Below, one piece after another: positions 7,899 through 17,377 of a DNA stretch of 64,000 bases (its first letter is position 1; every line of letters starts with the position of its first letter). This DNA is from an uncultured Flavobacteriales bacterium (GTDB lineage: Bacteria > Bacteroidota > Bacteroidia > Flavobacteriales > BACL11). The stretch covers positions 78,264 through 142,263 of the forward strand of contig CAJIYM010000004.1 of the NCBI GenBank assembly GCA_905181635.1, written 5' to 3'. The translations under genes and the position numbers were made by a program. Below the pieces are notes generated by a model. The model was given only the letters and a program-made list of their open reading frames with translations, was not told the origin of the DNA and did not search any database.

Positions 7899-9081
7899 TA
7901 TTATTTCTATTTAATGTTAAAGGTAATTCAATTAGACTCATCGCCATAATTACAAAAAGCAATCTAGAATCATTTAAACTTCCACTAAAAAATGAATTAA
8001 TAACTAAATATAATTGCAAATAAAATAACAAAGGATAATAAGAATATACATGATCCTTGTATAAAAACATTTTTTTATAGTTATAAAATAAAATATAGAT
8101 AATTAAAAATAAAAATAGAATTCCAGAAAAAATACCTAATTCAGTAAAAACCTCTAAAACTAAATTATGCGGATATTCATGTTTTAATAAATGAGTAGGT
8201 TTAACTTTATTTATATAAGTCTGCCAATTACCTAATCCGACACCAAAAGGATAATGTATCACTAAATCTAAAGAACGAAGTGCAAATAAAGCACGCGCAT
8301 TTTTTGATCTATTATCTTTAGTTACTAATCTATCAATTTTACCAAAATCAATATGGGATGAACTTATACCTGAAAAAAAAGCAATTGAAAAAACGAGAGA
8401 AGAATACAGAAAAAATCGAAAAAATATGTTCTGAAAGTTAAGAACAAAATAAGCTAAAAAGGTGATTAATAAAGAAAAAATAGGCCCTCTACTTCCTGCA
8501 GCTAAAGATAGAAATAAGAAAAACAGCATTAGTAATAAACTTTTCTTATTAATCGCACCTTTATTTATAAAAAATAAGATGATAAAACCAACATTCATCC
8601 ATCTAGCAAATACAATTGGTCCACCTCCAAGAGCACTAATTCTGCCAGTAATAGTGACATCACCTGCAAATAAACCAATTAGGGAAAGCACAAAAATAAA
8701 AGCTAAAAGAATTTTAAAAAAAATTCTCACATCATGATATTTGAAAGTTTCAACAACAATAACAACCAAAGGAACAACAATTAAAATAAAATTAATATAT
8801 TTTAATAAGCCTAAATGTTCGTAATCAAAATATAAAAATAAAATTGGCGTTAAGATTATCACTATTAATAAGAAAGAATAAAGAAAACGTTTAGTAGAAT
8901 AAAATTTAATCTTTTTTATTGAAAAAAGTAGAGGAATAGAGAGAAGTAAAAAAGAGATACTTAAAATGAGTGAAAAATTTATTCCAAAAAACTCAAGTCG
9001 TTCATCGTATAATCTTCCTATAGCCAACATTGCACATGCTAATAATAAATATAGCCAAGAAAAAATATTTTTATATTTCAT
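7891..9081 (-). CDS. Wzy-like O-antigen/oligosaccharide repeat-unit polymerase (O-antigen ligase-like family) membrane protein
   Basis: 396 aa, about 10 TM helices, with SLAAGSRGPIFSLLITF resembling the Wzy_C core and a periplasmic loop before the last helices. Confidence 0.7.
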   Translation of the reverse strand: MKYKNIFSWLYLLLACAMLAIGRLYDERLEFFGINFSLILSISFLLLSIPLLFSIKKIKFYSTKRFLYSFLLIVIILTPILFLYFDYEHLGLLKYINFILIVVPLVVIVVETFKYHDVRIFFKILLAFIFVLSLIGLFAGDVTITGRISALGGGPIVFARWMNVGFIILFFINKGAINKKSLLLMLFFLFLSLAAGSRGPIFSLLITFLAYFVLNFQNIFFRFFLYSSLVFSIAFFSGISSSHIDFGKIDRLVTKDNRSKNARALFALRSLDLVIHYPFGVGLGNWQTYINKVKPTHLLKHEYPHNLVLEVFTELGIFSGILFLFLIIYILFYNYKKMFLYKDHVYSYYPLLFYLQLYLVINSFFSGSLNDSRLLFVIMAMSLIELPLTLNRNNND

Positions 9082-10342
9082 ATCTATAATATTTCACAAA
9101 AGCAATAACTGACAAAACAAAAGAAATAAAAGATAATGTGTAAATCATTACTAAAGAATTAAACCTTACTCCATGACTATTTAAATAGAAATAAATCAAT
9201 AATAGAAAAACAGAAAAAATAAATGGTCTAGCTAAATATTTACTTTCTTTATTAAGATATGATTGAGGTAAAGTAAAGTAAGGCTGAAATAATGCAGAAG
9301 CAATAAACATAAATATAAAACTCCAACACATATCGTTTATATAACTAGATGTCAATAATGTATCACTAGTTGAGAAAGCACCTCTTTCGAAAACAAAAGA
9401 TACAATTTCAAAACTAAATAAAGAAATAAAGAAGATGAAGAATCCACCTATTATAGCTGAAAGTAATGTTGAAAGTAAAATTATTTTATAATCTCTTCTA
9501 ACAGAAATTATTTTTAAAACTAACGTGTTAACATTCATTATAACAGCAGTTAAAAAAATGTTCAAAAATATTATTGCATAAGTATAGAATGCAATATTAT
9601 TACTCCCATCTGCTCCAGAAACGAATCTACCAGAAAACATTATAATATTTGCAAAATTACCCAATATCAATATTGAAAAATTTAAATCTTTCGTAGACAA
9701 ATTTGCCTTAACACCACCTTTATCTGCAATTAATGGTTTAATATAAACTAAAGCTAAAGTAATTGCTCCACTTAATCTACTAATAACAACACCTACTAAA
9801 CCAAATAATAGAGTAAGAGGATACAACAAAAGAGTTGACAAAGAAATATTTAAAGATGTAGCTACAGAATGTCTTTTAAAATTTCCCTTAGCCTGAATAA
9901 TAGTGAGAAAAATAGAATTAAAGAAATTTACACTCATAACGATACCTAAGAAAAATGATAACACAATATATATAACTATTCTATCAGGTTGAATATAAAA
10001 AATCAAGGGTAGCTGAATAAATTGACTAAATAGAAATAATTTAAAAGAAAAATATTTTGAAAAATCATATACATTAGAAATATCTAGTGTAGAATGACTT
10101 GCATACAATTTTGTAAATTTTGGCATAATATTAGCTTGCAAAGCATTACCAAGAGTAAATTGCGAGAAAAAGTCAGTAATAGTTTTAAGAAGCAAATAAT
10201 TCGCATACATAATATCTGATCCAAAGAAGAATGCTAATATAACTTCTCTTAAAAAACCAAAAGCCTTCTTTAATAGATTAGAAGAAAACATATAAATAAA
10301 GTCGGAAGTGGTTTTTAATAAAAGTATACTTTTAATAGACAT
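9071..10342 (-). CDS. MurJ/MviN-like MOP-superfamily flippase
   Basis: 423 aa polytopic. N-terminus NLLKKAFGFLREVILAFFFGSDIMYANYLLLKTITDFFSQFTLGNALQANIMPKF parallels the MurJ SRxxGxxRdxxxAxxFGa...F..afiP pattern. Confidence 0.65.
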   Translation of the reverse strand: MSIKSILLLKTTSDFIYMFSSNLLKKAFGFLREVILAFFFGSDIMYANYLLLKTITDFFSQFTLGNALQANIMPKFTKLYASHSTLDISNVYDFSKYFSFKLFLFSQFIQLPLIFYIQPDRIVIYIVLSFFLGIVMSVNFFNSIFLTIIQAKGNFKRHSVATSLNISLSTLLLYPLTLLFGLVGVVISRLSGAITLALVYIKPLIADKGGVKANLSTKDLNFSILILGNFANIIMFSGRFVSGADGSNNIAFYTYAIIFLNIFLTAVIMNVNTLVLKIISVRRDYKIILLSTLLSAIIGGFFIFFISLFSFEIVSFVFERGAFSTSDTLLTSSYINDMCWSFIFMFIASALFQPYFTLPQSYLNKESKYLARPFIFSVFLLLIYFYLNSHGVRFNSLVMIYTLSFISFVLSVIAFVKYYRYEI

Positions 10343-10347
10343 TTGAT

Positions 10348-10551
10348 CTATTCTTTAACTATTACTTGCAAATATTTAAAACTCTTGATTTCAAAAAAAT
10401 CAAAATTAAATTGATTTACTCCATCAATAAATAAATTTTCGATCATTTTAGATTGACAAACATCATCACAAAACAAATATTGGCCCATTTCTGCAAAATA
10501 AGCAGTAGCGACTAAGCCTACATAGCCTAAACCTATAACACCAAATTTCAT
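10348..10551 (-). pseudogene. ugd: Remnant of a UDP-glucose/nucleotide-sugar 6-dehydrogenase gene (N-terminal ~55 codons only)
   Basis: MKFGVIGLGYVGLVATAYFAEMG is the canonical N-terminal Rossmann motif of Ugd-type dehydrogenases (~390-450 aa). Here the frame ends after 67 aa and the next gene starts 6 nt later. Confidence 0.7.
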
Positions 10552-10552
10552 A

Positions 10553-11389
10553 TTAAGTAGTTTTTACTTCCTTCACTAATGCTACAAACAAACCAAAAAT
10601 AAAACTTAAAACAACACCTAAAATCCCTAAAACTAAAACATCATTTTCCTTCTGATTAACATTAGCAAAATTCTGCACAAAAGATAGGGGTTTAAGTAAT
10701 TCTGAATTTGTTTTAATTTCTTCCCTCATGTGCGATAAAGTAATTATCTCATTGCTTAACTTTCTATTTTCTCCACTAATAGTATTTTGAGATCCTAGAG
10801 CAAAACTATTCATATTAGTTTCAACTCTTATTTGATTTAGAACACTTATTTCATCATTAATATCACTAATTAATGATCCACTAGAAAGTATATATGATTT
10901 ATAATAGCTAGAAATGTATGGATTATTTTCAAAATAATATATTAAACCAGATTCAATATTTTTATTTTGCTTATTGCCATATGTAGTTAAAGAAATTTCA
11001 AATTTATTAAGTGCATAAAACTTCTCATTCATGTCTTGTTGATATAATTGTTCTGCAACAATTTTTTTAATAGTTGAAGCAACCTCTAAATTTAATCCCA
11101 AGGAAAAAGCTAATGATGAATAATCCTTATTATCAATATTAATTTGCAAATGATTGATTAAATCAATAGCTGTTCTTTGACTTAAATCTTCTACTTGATC
11201 TTGCCTTTCATATTCCGAAATACCAGACATACAAATAGCTTTTGTCTCATAATAAGGAGGTTTCAACTTTTGATAACCCACCACACTAATTAAACCAATC
11301 AACATAAAGATCAGTAATAAACTAACATTTCGCGAAATAAATTTCACAAAATTTGAAAACATCTCACTTAAATTTAATTCTTCTATCAT
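10553..11389 (-). CDS. Wzz-like polysaccharide chain-length determinant (PCP-type: N- and C-terminal TM helices flanking a coiled periplasmic region)
   Basis: 278 aa. TM helix at LLLIFMLIGLISVVGY, a second at VLVLGILGVVLSFIFGLFVALV, hydrophilic helical middle. First gene of the glycan operon. Confidence 0.5.
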   Translation of the reverse strand: MIEELNLSEMFSNFVKFISRNVSLLLIFMLIGLISVVGYQKLKPPYYETKAICMSGISEYERQDQVEDLSQRTAIDLINHLQINIDNKDYSSLAFSLGLNLEVASTIKKIVAEQLYQQDMNEKFYALNKFEISLTTYGNKQNKNIESGLIYYFENNPYISSYYKSYILSSGSLISDINDEISVLNQIRVETNMNSFALGSQNTISGENRKLSNEIITLSHMREEIKTNSELLKPLSFVQNFANVNQKENDVLVLGILGVVLSFIFGLFVALVKEVKTT

Positions 11390-11550
11390 TTTATATTTAT
11401 TTAAAGTTTACAACTGAAGCTATTATAAATTACTTTAACACCAAATTTACCTACACTATAGCTTATAAATTTATCATGTAAAACCTAAAACATCAAAAAA
11501 GAGCTATCTAAACTAACCGAAAATTGATATTATCAATCTACATACAAATT

Positions 11551-11572
11551 AAAAAAGCCCCAATGGGGCCTT
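11551..11572 (-). terminator. Rho-independent terminator downstream of gldN
   Basis: Minus-strand RNA reads GGCCCC-AUU-GGGGCU followed by UUUUUU, about 25 nt after the gldN stop. Confidence 0.6.
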
Positions 11573-11595
11573 TAATTATAAGTTATCTATTAATA

Positions 11596-12495
11596 TTAGT
11601 ATTCCCATAAGTCATGTTCAATATTAAAAATTTCTGTTTTAATTCTTTCTGCTTCTAACAAAGCATCAAGCCCAACCATATATTCGTTTACCTTTCTATC
11701 CATAACACTTGACTCCTTTGTAATAGTGCTACCGAACATTCTTTTCCAGAAAATATCATCATAGGTTCTTCTTTCAGCATTATTTTTAACTAAATTAAAA
11801 ACTTCCGCATTAATTAAAACCTTTCTAGCTTCTGGAAAATACACCCAAAATAATGGAGAAAAACTACCCGTAAGTCTTCCAGTAATTTCATCTTTATTTT
11901 CTTGTAGAGGGGCTAATCCAATAATTCTAACATCCATTACCGATCTCTGCTTATCAAAAAACCATTCTTCCTTAACTCTCCATTTTTTTACAGAATTCCT
12001 ATCAAATGGAATATTGATAAAAGTATCCTTTTGTGCAAATTCAATATCAACACCCTGTAATATCAGTTTTGAATCAGTTGTTTTACCCATCCTTTGTTCT
12101 GCTCCTCCTATTCCTTTTATCTCATCTTGAGACATTTCTTGTCTAAACTCATCATCATAAACAGCATTACCATAAGCCGTAATACTTCCCTCATTAATTG
12201 CAGCGTATATCACGTCAATTAAACTTTGTCTATCACCTGTTACAGCTGCTTCTGCTGACCCATTATTTTCTGGGTAATAGAAAGGATGATTAATTTTCTG
12301 ACGTAAATCAATTTCCCTCCATATCTTACGTGACCACATCACATCAGCTTCTCGTAAAGGAGTATACTGCTTTATAATCTTCTTCTGGTGCTTTACTTTT
12401 TTATAAACAGAGTTATCTTCTGGAGTTAAAACTTGTGCATTTGATGATATAGCACAAAAAACAATTGTTAATAGTGTTAAAATATATTTTTTCAT
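11596..12495 (-). CDS. gldN: Gliding motility / T9SS periplasmic ring protein GldN (PorN)
   Basis: 299 aa, signal peptide ending SSNAQ, last gene of the conserved gldK-L-M-N order. Contains the WSRKIWREIDLRQKINHPFYYP region typical of GldN. Confidence 0.85.
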   Translation of the reverse strand: MKKYILTLLTIVFCAISSNAQVLTPEDNSVYKKVKHQKKIIKQYTPLREADVMWSRKIWREIDLRQKINHPFYYPENNGSAEAAVTGDRQSLIDVIYAAINEGSITAYGNAVYDDEFRQEMSQDEIKGIGGAEQRMGKTTDSKLILQGVDIEFAQKDTFINIPFDRNSVKKWRVKEEWFFDKQRSVMDVRIIGLAPLQENKDEITGRLTGSFSPLFWVYFPEARKVLINAEVFNLVKNNAERRTYDDIFWKRMFGSTITKESSVMDRKVNEYMVGLDALLEAERIKTEIFNIEHDLWEY

Positions 12496-12504
12496 AATTT
12501 CTAT

Positions 12505-14220
12505 TTATTTAATTTCGATAACCAAATCATTAATATTAATTGGGGGTTCGTTAGAACCAATTAATTTTGCTTTAATCTTTGTAATTTGAATTTCATCTCC
12601 GGACTTAGAATTACTAATAACTCCTCTCATTTGTTTTGTGAAATTCATCCCTTTATTATTAGTTCTATCAACTTTTTCTCCTTGGTACTGTCCAGAAAGC
12701 TTAAATGATGTAACATAGTACTTCAATCCATCAAACACAAAATTATCCAAACTAGCAAGAATACCTCCTGAGGCCAATAAGGTAGCTCTGTCAATCCTTC
12801 CGTTTTTTATTCCAAGAACAAAGGGAGAGGGAGGTGGAGTTCTCATAACTCTAAAATCTATAGTACCCATCTTTGTTCTTTTTCCACTAACATTCACAAA
12901 AAGAGAAACTTTGGCCTTACCCACTTTAGTAGGATAGGCAGCCCACTGTCCTTTTACTTTGCTTGTAGCCCTAACTTTACCTCCACCAGTAAGCACTGCT
13001 GAAATCTCACCTGCACTATATCCTGGAACAGAAACCTGTAATGGATTTCCTCCATAAGAATCTAAACCTATGTACAAAACATTCATTTTTGTTGGAGAAA
13101 CAACAGCTGTTTTCGCAGCAACTAAGTACTCTCCCGAAAAAGGATAGTTTTTAGTTCCTCTGTCTGTTTTCATAGCAATTAAACCTCCCCACTTTTGGCT
13201 ACCTAACGAATTAGCTCTTCTAGCAAAAACACCTTTACCGTTAACTATTTTAACAGTTTCATAATCATCACCAATCATCTCAAAATTACCTCCGCCTAGC
13301 GAATCATATTCTCCGACATAAATGACAGGCGCTTGAGTAGTATCCTTTGCTGCAATAAATATTTGTGCTCTAAAAGAATCTCCTTTTAAGACAAAATTAG
13401 TGTTTGGAATTTGAATACCTTCAGCAGTAGTAAATTTCAATGAACCCGCATCAATATTTTCCCTTAACATATTAATTATGTCAGACTCAGTGTTTCTAAC
13501 ATCAGATTGCATTTTAGATAAAAGCGTTAATGCTCCAACAGAAGGCATATCATAAAAATTATACTCTTCCCATAACTGTTTTTTACCTTTTACATTTTTA
13601 TCATCATAATTACAGGTTTCACTTATTGATGTTATTAAAGATTCATTTCCTTCAGCAATATTGAGAAGTAAAATTTTATAAGCATTTAAATCATTTTTTA
13701 ATGATGTAGCAATATTATCTTTTCTTTTAGAGCTGTAAAATAAATCACCAGCAGCATGCCTATCATCCTTATTTACTAAAGCCCCAATACTCAATAACCT
13801 TTGCTTATCACTTAATAAATCCCAACCTAACACAATTGATTTTTCCTCAATTAAATCACCTTCATCATCTTTAATTTCACTTTCAGTTCCTAAATAAACT
13901 TTCTTATCTGCAGTTAAAACAAGATTATACTTCATTTCCTGCAAAAAAGCTACTAACTTATCTGCCTCATCTTTAACACTATAAGCTTGCTCTCTAAAAG
14001 GACCTGCCTTAACTGGATTCAACTCAGCAGCAGCATCAAAAGCAGAGTAAGTATCTCCATTTTTTGCATTAAAGTTTATAGTTGATCTAGTAATACCTTT
14101 ATTAACTTCAAAAAATGAATTTAATACTTCCTTAGACACATTTAATGCAAGTAGAGCAGTAAGCACTAAATACATCATGTTAATCATCTTTTGTCTTGGC
14201 GATATGTTACCTCCAGCCAT
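12505..14220 (-). CDS. gldM: Gliding motility / T9SS motor-associated protein GldM (PorM)
   Basis: N-terminus MAGGNISPRQKMINMMYLVLTALLALNVSKEVL is the hallmark GldM start. 571 aa. Confidence 0.92.
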   Translation of the reverse strand: MAGGNISPRQKMINMMYLVLTALLALNVSKEVLNSFFEVNKGITRSTINFNAKNGDTYSAFDAAAELNPVKAGPFREQAYSVKDEADKLVAFLQEMKYNLVLTADKKVYLGTESEIKDDEGDLIEEKSIVLGWDLLSDKQRLLSIGALVNKDDRHAAGDLFYSSKRKDNIATSLKNDLNAYKILLLNIAEGNESLITSISETCNYDDKNVKGKKQLWEEYNFYDMPSVGALTLLSKMQSDVRNTESDIINMLRENIDAGSLKFTTAEGIQIPNTNFVLKGDSFRAQIFIAAKDTTQAPVIYVGEYDSLGGGNFEMIGDDYETVKIVNGKGVFARRANSLGSQKWGGLIAMKTDRGTKNYPFSGEYLVAAKTAVVSPTKMNVLYIGLDSYGGNPLQVSVPGYSAGEISAVLTGGGKVRATSKVKGQWAAYPTKVGKAKVSLFVNVSGKRTKMGTIDFRVMRTPPPSPFVLGIKNGRIDRATLLASGGILASLDNFVFDGLKYYVTSFKLSGQYQGEKVDRTNNKGMNFTKQMRGVISNSKSGDEIQITKIKAKLIGSNEPPININDLVIEIK

Positions 14221-14253
14221 ATTATTTTATATTTTTTGAGAAATTAATAATAA

Positions 14254-14922
14254 TTATTTATTTGGATTCATTGCTGTTAGCATGTTTCCGTATACTTTAT
14301 TTAATTGCTCTAAATTATCAGCCAAACTACTTACTTGCTCTTGGAATCTCTTAGAATCATCTACTGAAGATTGTAAGTTTTGTAAAAATAAAGTTGTCGC
14401 CTCCATCTGATGATTAGAAGTTTGCAATTGTAATTCATACAAGGAATTTAAAGCATTCATGTTCTTTACTCCTTCTTGAATTTGCGAGTTATATTCTGAA
14501 ATCCCAGCAGCAGCGGTAACTGTTTCATTCAATTGTCTTGCAGAGTCCCCAAATGATCTTAAGCCCTCATTTAAGCTTTCTATCAATTCATTGTCAATTT
14601 TAGCTTTCGCTAAAGCATCATCTAATTGTTGAGCTGGACGCTTTGCAGCATTAGGATCTTCCATGTGAGCAAGCTCTGGATAAACTAATGACCAATCTGT
14701 TTCCACATGAGGTTTCTCGAAAGCGGAGAAAAAGAAAATAATAGCCTCAGTACTTAAGCCAAGAATTAACATAGTAGAGGCTCCTGGCAGATGCTCAATT
14801 TTAAACAATGCACCAATAATAACTAGAGCTGCACCCCAACCGTATAACTTTGGCATCAATGCTTTGTACCATTTTGCCTCTGTAATATTGCCTATTGATT
14901 CTGTAATATTCCCTAAACCCAT
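14254..14922 (-). CDS. gldL: Gliding motility / T9SS motor protein GldL (PorL)
   Basis: 222 aa. Two N-terminal TM helices (GWGAALVIIGALFKIEHLPGA, LILGLSTEAIIFFFSAFE) and a coiled C-terminal domain. Sits between gldK and gldM. Confidence 0.88.
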   Translation of the reverse strand: MGLGNITESIGNITEAKWYKALMPKLYGWGAALVIIGALFKIEHLPGASTMLILGLSTEAIIFFFSAFEKPHVETDWSLVYPELAHMEDPNAAKRPAQQLDDALAKAKIDNELIESLNEGLRSFGDSARQLNETVTAAAGISEYNSQIQEGVKNMNALNSLYELQLQTSNHQMEATTLFLQNLQSSVDDSKRFQEQVSSLADNLEQLNKVYGNMLTAMNPNK

Positions 14923-14961
14923 TTTTTAATTATTTAATTATTTAATATATATTTTTAAATT

Positions 14962-16272
14962 CTATTCAAAATCTTTTTTATCTCTCCCAAGGAAATCAAC
15001 TGCACATCTGAACCCAATATAACTTTTTGCAGTATCTTGATACTCAAAAGTTCTTGTACTTGTTTGTATAAAATAAGCTATATCTTTCCAAGAACCACCT
15101 CTTATAGATTTTCTTTTAAGTACAGAATTATCATCTTCACTTGCATTATAATGGTAATCCATATTCATATCATGAGAATATGATAAAGCAGATTCATCGT
15201 AAGCATTTGACGTCCATTCAGCAACATTACCAGCCATATCATATAGGCCAAAACCATTAGGGTTATATGAAGCTGTTTTAATTGTTTTAAGACCCCCATC
15301 AGCAACATAATTACCTCTTAATGGTTTAAAGTTAGCTAAAAAACATCCTTTAATATTACGAGTGTAAGGACCACCCCAGGGATAAGGGGAAAAGTCTAAG
15401 CCCCCTCTAGAAGCATATTCCCATTCAGATTCTGTAGGTAACCTAAATTCTGGCAATGCTGGCTGCTTAATCTTTCTTAAAAAAGAATTCATCATTTGAG
15501 ATCTCCATTTAGTAAACGCTGTAGCTTGTTTCCAATTAATTCCCACTACTGGATAGTCATCAAAAGCAGGGTGAAAGAAATAATTCTTAGTAAACGGATC
15601 ATTAAAAGAATAGGCATAATCGTGAATCCAAGTTAATGTATCAGGAAAGATAGAAACTTCAACATCAGATAAAAACTCACTTCTATCTCTCTTTCCTGTA
15701 GCATCACCTTCTCTTTTTGACTTACTTGAAGCTGCCTGCACATCTAAAACTTGATATTTATACACATATTTTCTTGTATCAAACTCTCGTGAACCATTCA
15801 ATCTCTCGTGCTCTGGCAAATACATCTCTTCTTCTAGAATTTCTCTAACCTCTTGATCATTCCATCTAATTTTAGTCTCCCAGTTAATTTTTGCTGGATC
15901 TAAAAAATTACCAAACCTATCCACCTCAATTAAATGACCTTCAATTCCAGCTTCACCTAAAATTATGTGTGCTAAAGAATCTCTAACCCAAGTTACAAAC
16001 TGACGATATTCATTGTTTGTAATTTCAGTTTCATCCATATAAAATGCTCCTACAGAAATAGTTTTTGAAGCTGTCACATTTGCAAAAGGGACATCTTGAT
16101 CAGAGGGACCCATATTAAAACTTCCCTGTGGAATAAAGACCATTCCGTAAGGATCAGTAGGATTCCAGATTTGTCTATTTTGCGTACCAATCAACTCACC
16201 GCTTCCTGAACTACCACAAGCACTTAGTAGTGCTACAATTGAACTTAATAATATTATTCTTTTCATATTCAT
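14962..16272 (-). CDS. gldK: Gliding motility / T9SS lipoprotein GldK (PorK), FGE-sulfatase (SUMF1) fold
   Basis: Lipobox LLSAC, then NVAEWT, RGGSWKD, GFRC motifs of the formylglycine-generating-enzyme fold. 436 aa. Confidence 0.92.
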   Translation of the reverse strand: MNMKRIILLSSIVALLSACGSSGSGELIGTQNRQIWNPTDPYGMVFIPQGSFNMGPSDQDVPFANVTASKTISVGAFYMDETEITNNEYRQFVTWVRDSLAHIILGEAGIEGHLIEVDRFGNFLDPAKINWETKIRWNDQEVREILEEEMYLPEHERLNGSREFDTRKYVYKYQVLDVQAASSKSKREGDATGKRDRSEFLSDVEVSIFPDTLTWIHDYAYSFNDPFTKNYFFHPAFDDYPVVGINWKQATAFTKWRSQMMNSFLRKIKQPALPEFRLPTESEWEYASRGGLDFSPYPWGGPYTRNIKGCFLANFKPLRGNYVADGGLKTIKTASYNPNGFGLYDMAGNVAEWTSNAYDESALSYSHDMNMDYHYNASEDDNSVLKRKSIRGGSWKDIAYFIQTSTRTFEYQDTAKSYIGFRCAVDFLGRDKKDFE

Positions 16273-16306
16273 ATTTATTTATCACTCTCGTGAGTTAAAT
16301 CTATTT

Positions 16307-17242
16307 TTAGAGGAATCTTGGATTTTTATATTTTGAAACCGCTTCGTTTGTTTTAATCTTAAAGTTATAACCCAACATAAATTCTATAGAATTTGTCATG
16401 GGATTAATTATTGTAACATCATATCCTAATCCAAATCTTAAATCTTCATTCACATTCATACCAGCTAATAAAATGATTCCTTCATCTAACCTATAGCTAA
16501 CGCCACCCCACAACTTGTTATTGTATATTACGTTTGTGTTAATATCCAATTGTGAAGTTGCTCCATCTGATTTTAGATATATTGATGGGTTTAATGAAAG
16601 AGTCGAATTAATCTCATAGTAATAGCCAGAAATTAAGAAATAGTGTCTTTTCAAATCTATAGTATTAATAGAACTACCCTCACTCCATTCTATAGTTGGC
16701 TCTGTCATGTGTGAAGAAGAAATTCCTATATAAACATCTTGAGTATTATAATAAACACCTGCTCCAATATCTAAACTCGATCCTTTAACATTAACTGTAG
16801 GTACTGCAGGATCATTATCAGTAGCTGGCTTTAATCGAGCACCATCTACCCCACTTTGATAAACCCCAACTGACATTCCCATACCAATTTGCCCAACGCC
16901 CAATTCAGTACGAAAAGCATAAGAAGCCTGCAATCCTAAATTGTTAAATTCAGCAATATTGTCATTAACAATATTTAAACCAACCCCCCCAAACAATGAT
17001 GGTAATTCCGCATCAACACTAAAATTTTGAGTAGAAGCAGCTGAACCTCCATTTTCACCAAAACCCATCCATTGAGATCTATGCAAAACAGAAGTAGAAA
17101 TATCCCCTCTACTTCCAGCAAAACCAGGGTTATTCGCCAACTTATTAAACATGTTTTGACTAAACTGCGGATCTATCTGTGCAGAAACAGTAATTACTGA
17201 AACAACACCTAAGATTAGTGTAAATATTTTCTTCATATTCAT
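16307..17242 (-). CDS. PorP/SprF-family T9SS outer-membrane beta-barrel protein
   Basis: Signal peptide ...VSAQ followed by IDPQFSQNMFNKLANNPGFAG (PorP/SprF N-terminal signature). Alternating beta-strand pattern, 311 aa. Confidence 0.85.
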   Translation of the reverse strand: MNMKKIFTLILGVVSVITVSAQIDPQFSQNMFNKLANNPGFAGSRGDISTSVLHRSQWMGFGENGGSAASTQNFSVDAELPSLFGGVGLNIVNDNIAEFNNLGLQASYAFRTELGVGQIGMGMSVGVYQSGVDGARLKPATDNDPAVPTVNVKGSSLDIGAGVYYNTQDVYIGISSSHMTEPTIEWSEGSSINTIDLKRHYFLISGYYYEINSTLSLNPSIYLKSDGATSQLDINTNVIYNNKLWGGVSYRLDEGIILLAGMNVNEDLRFGLGYDVTIINPMTNSIEFMLGYNFKIKTNEAVSKYKNPRFL

Positions 17243-17377
17243 TTTCCTATTGAAAATTTTTGCGCTAAAATAAACAAATTTTAATAAAGCATAACAATTA
17301 CTAATGACTATCTTATGTATTCAAGATAAAATAAAATCAGATTTAGACTCTAGTAATCTATTAATCAAGGTCTTTAA

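Noticed and set aside
11524-11536. Perfect palindrome TTGATA-t-TATCAA in the spacer between the gldN terminator and the glycan operon.
   Set aside because: 6-bp A/T-rich arms are expected by chance at appreciable frequency in ~200 bp of AT-rich DNA. There is no second copy and no known regulator motif. Kept only as a note.
14878-14913. Tandem duplication in the 5' end of gldL giving GNITES-IGNITEA.
   Set aside because: A small in-frame duplication in a non-conserved N-terminal tail before the first TM helix. It is likely neutral slippage, and the true start could even be the downstream Met (MPKLYGWGAA...).
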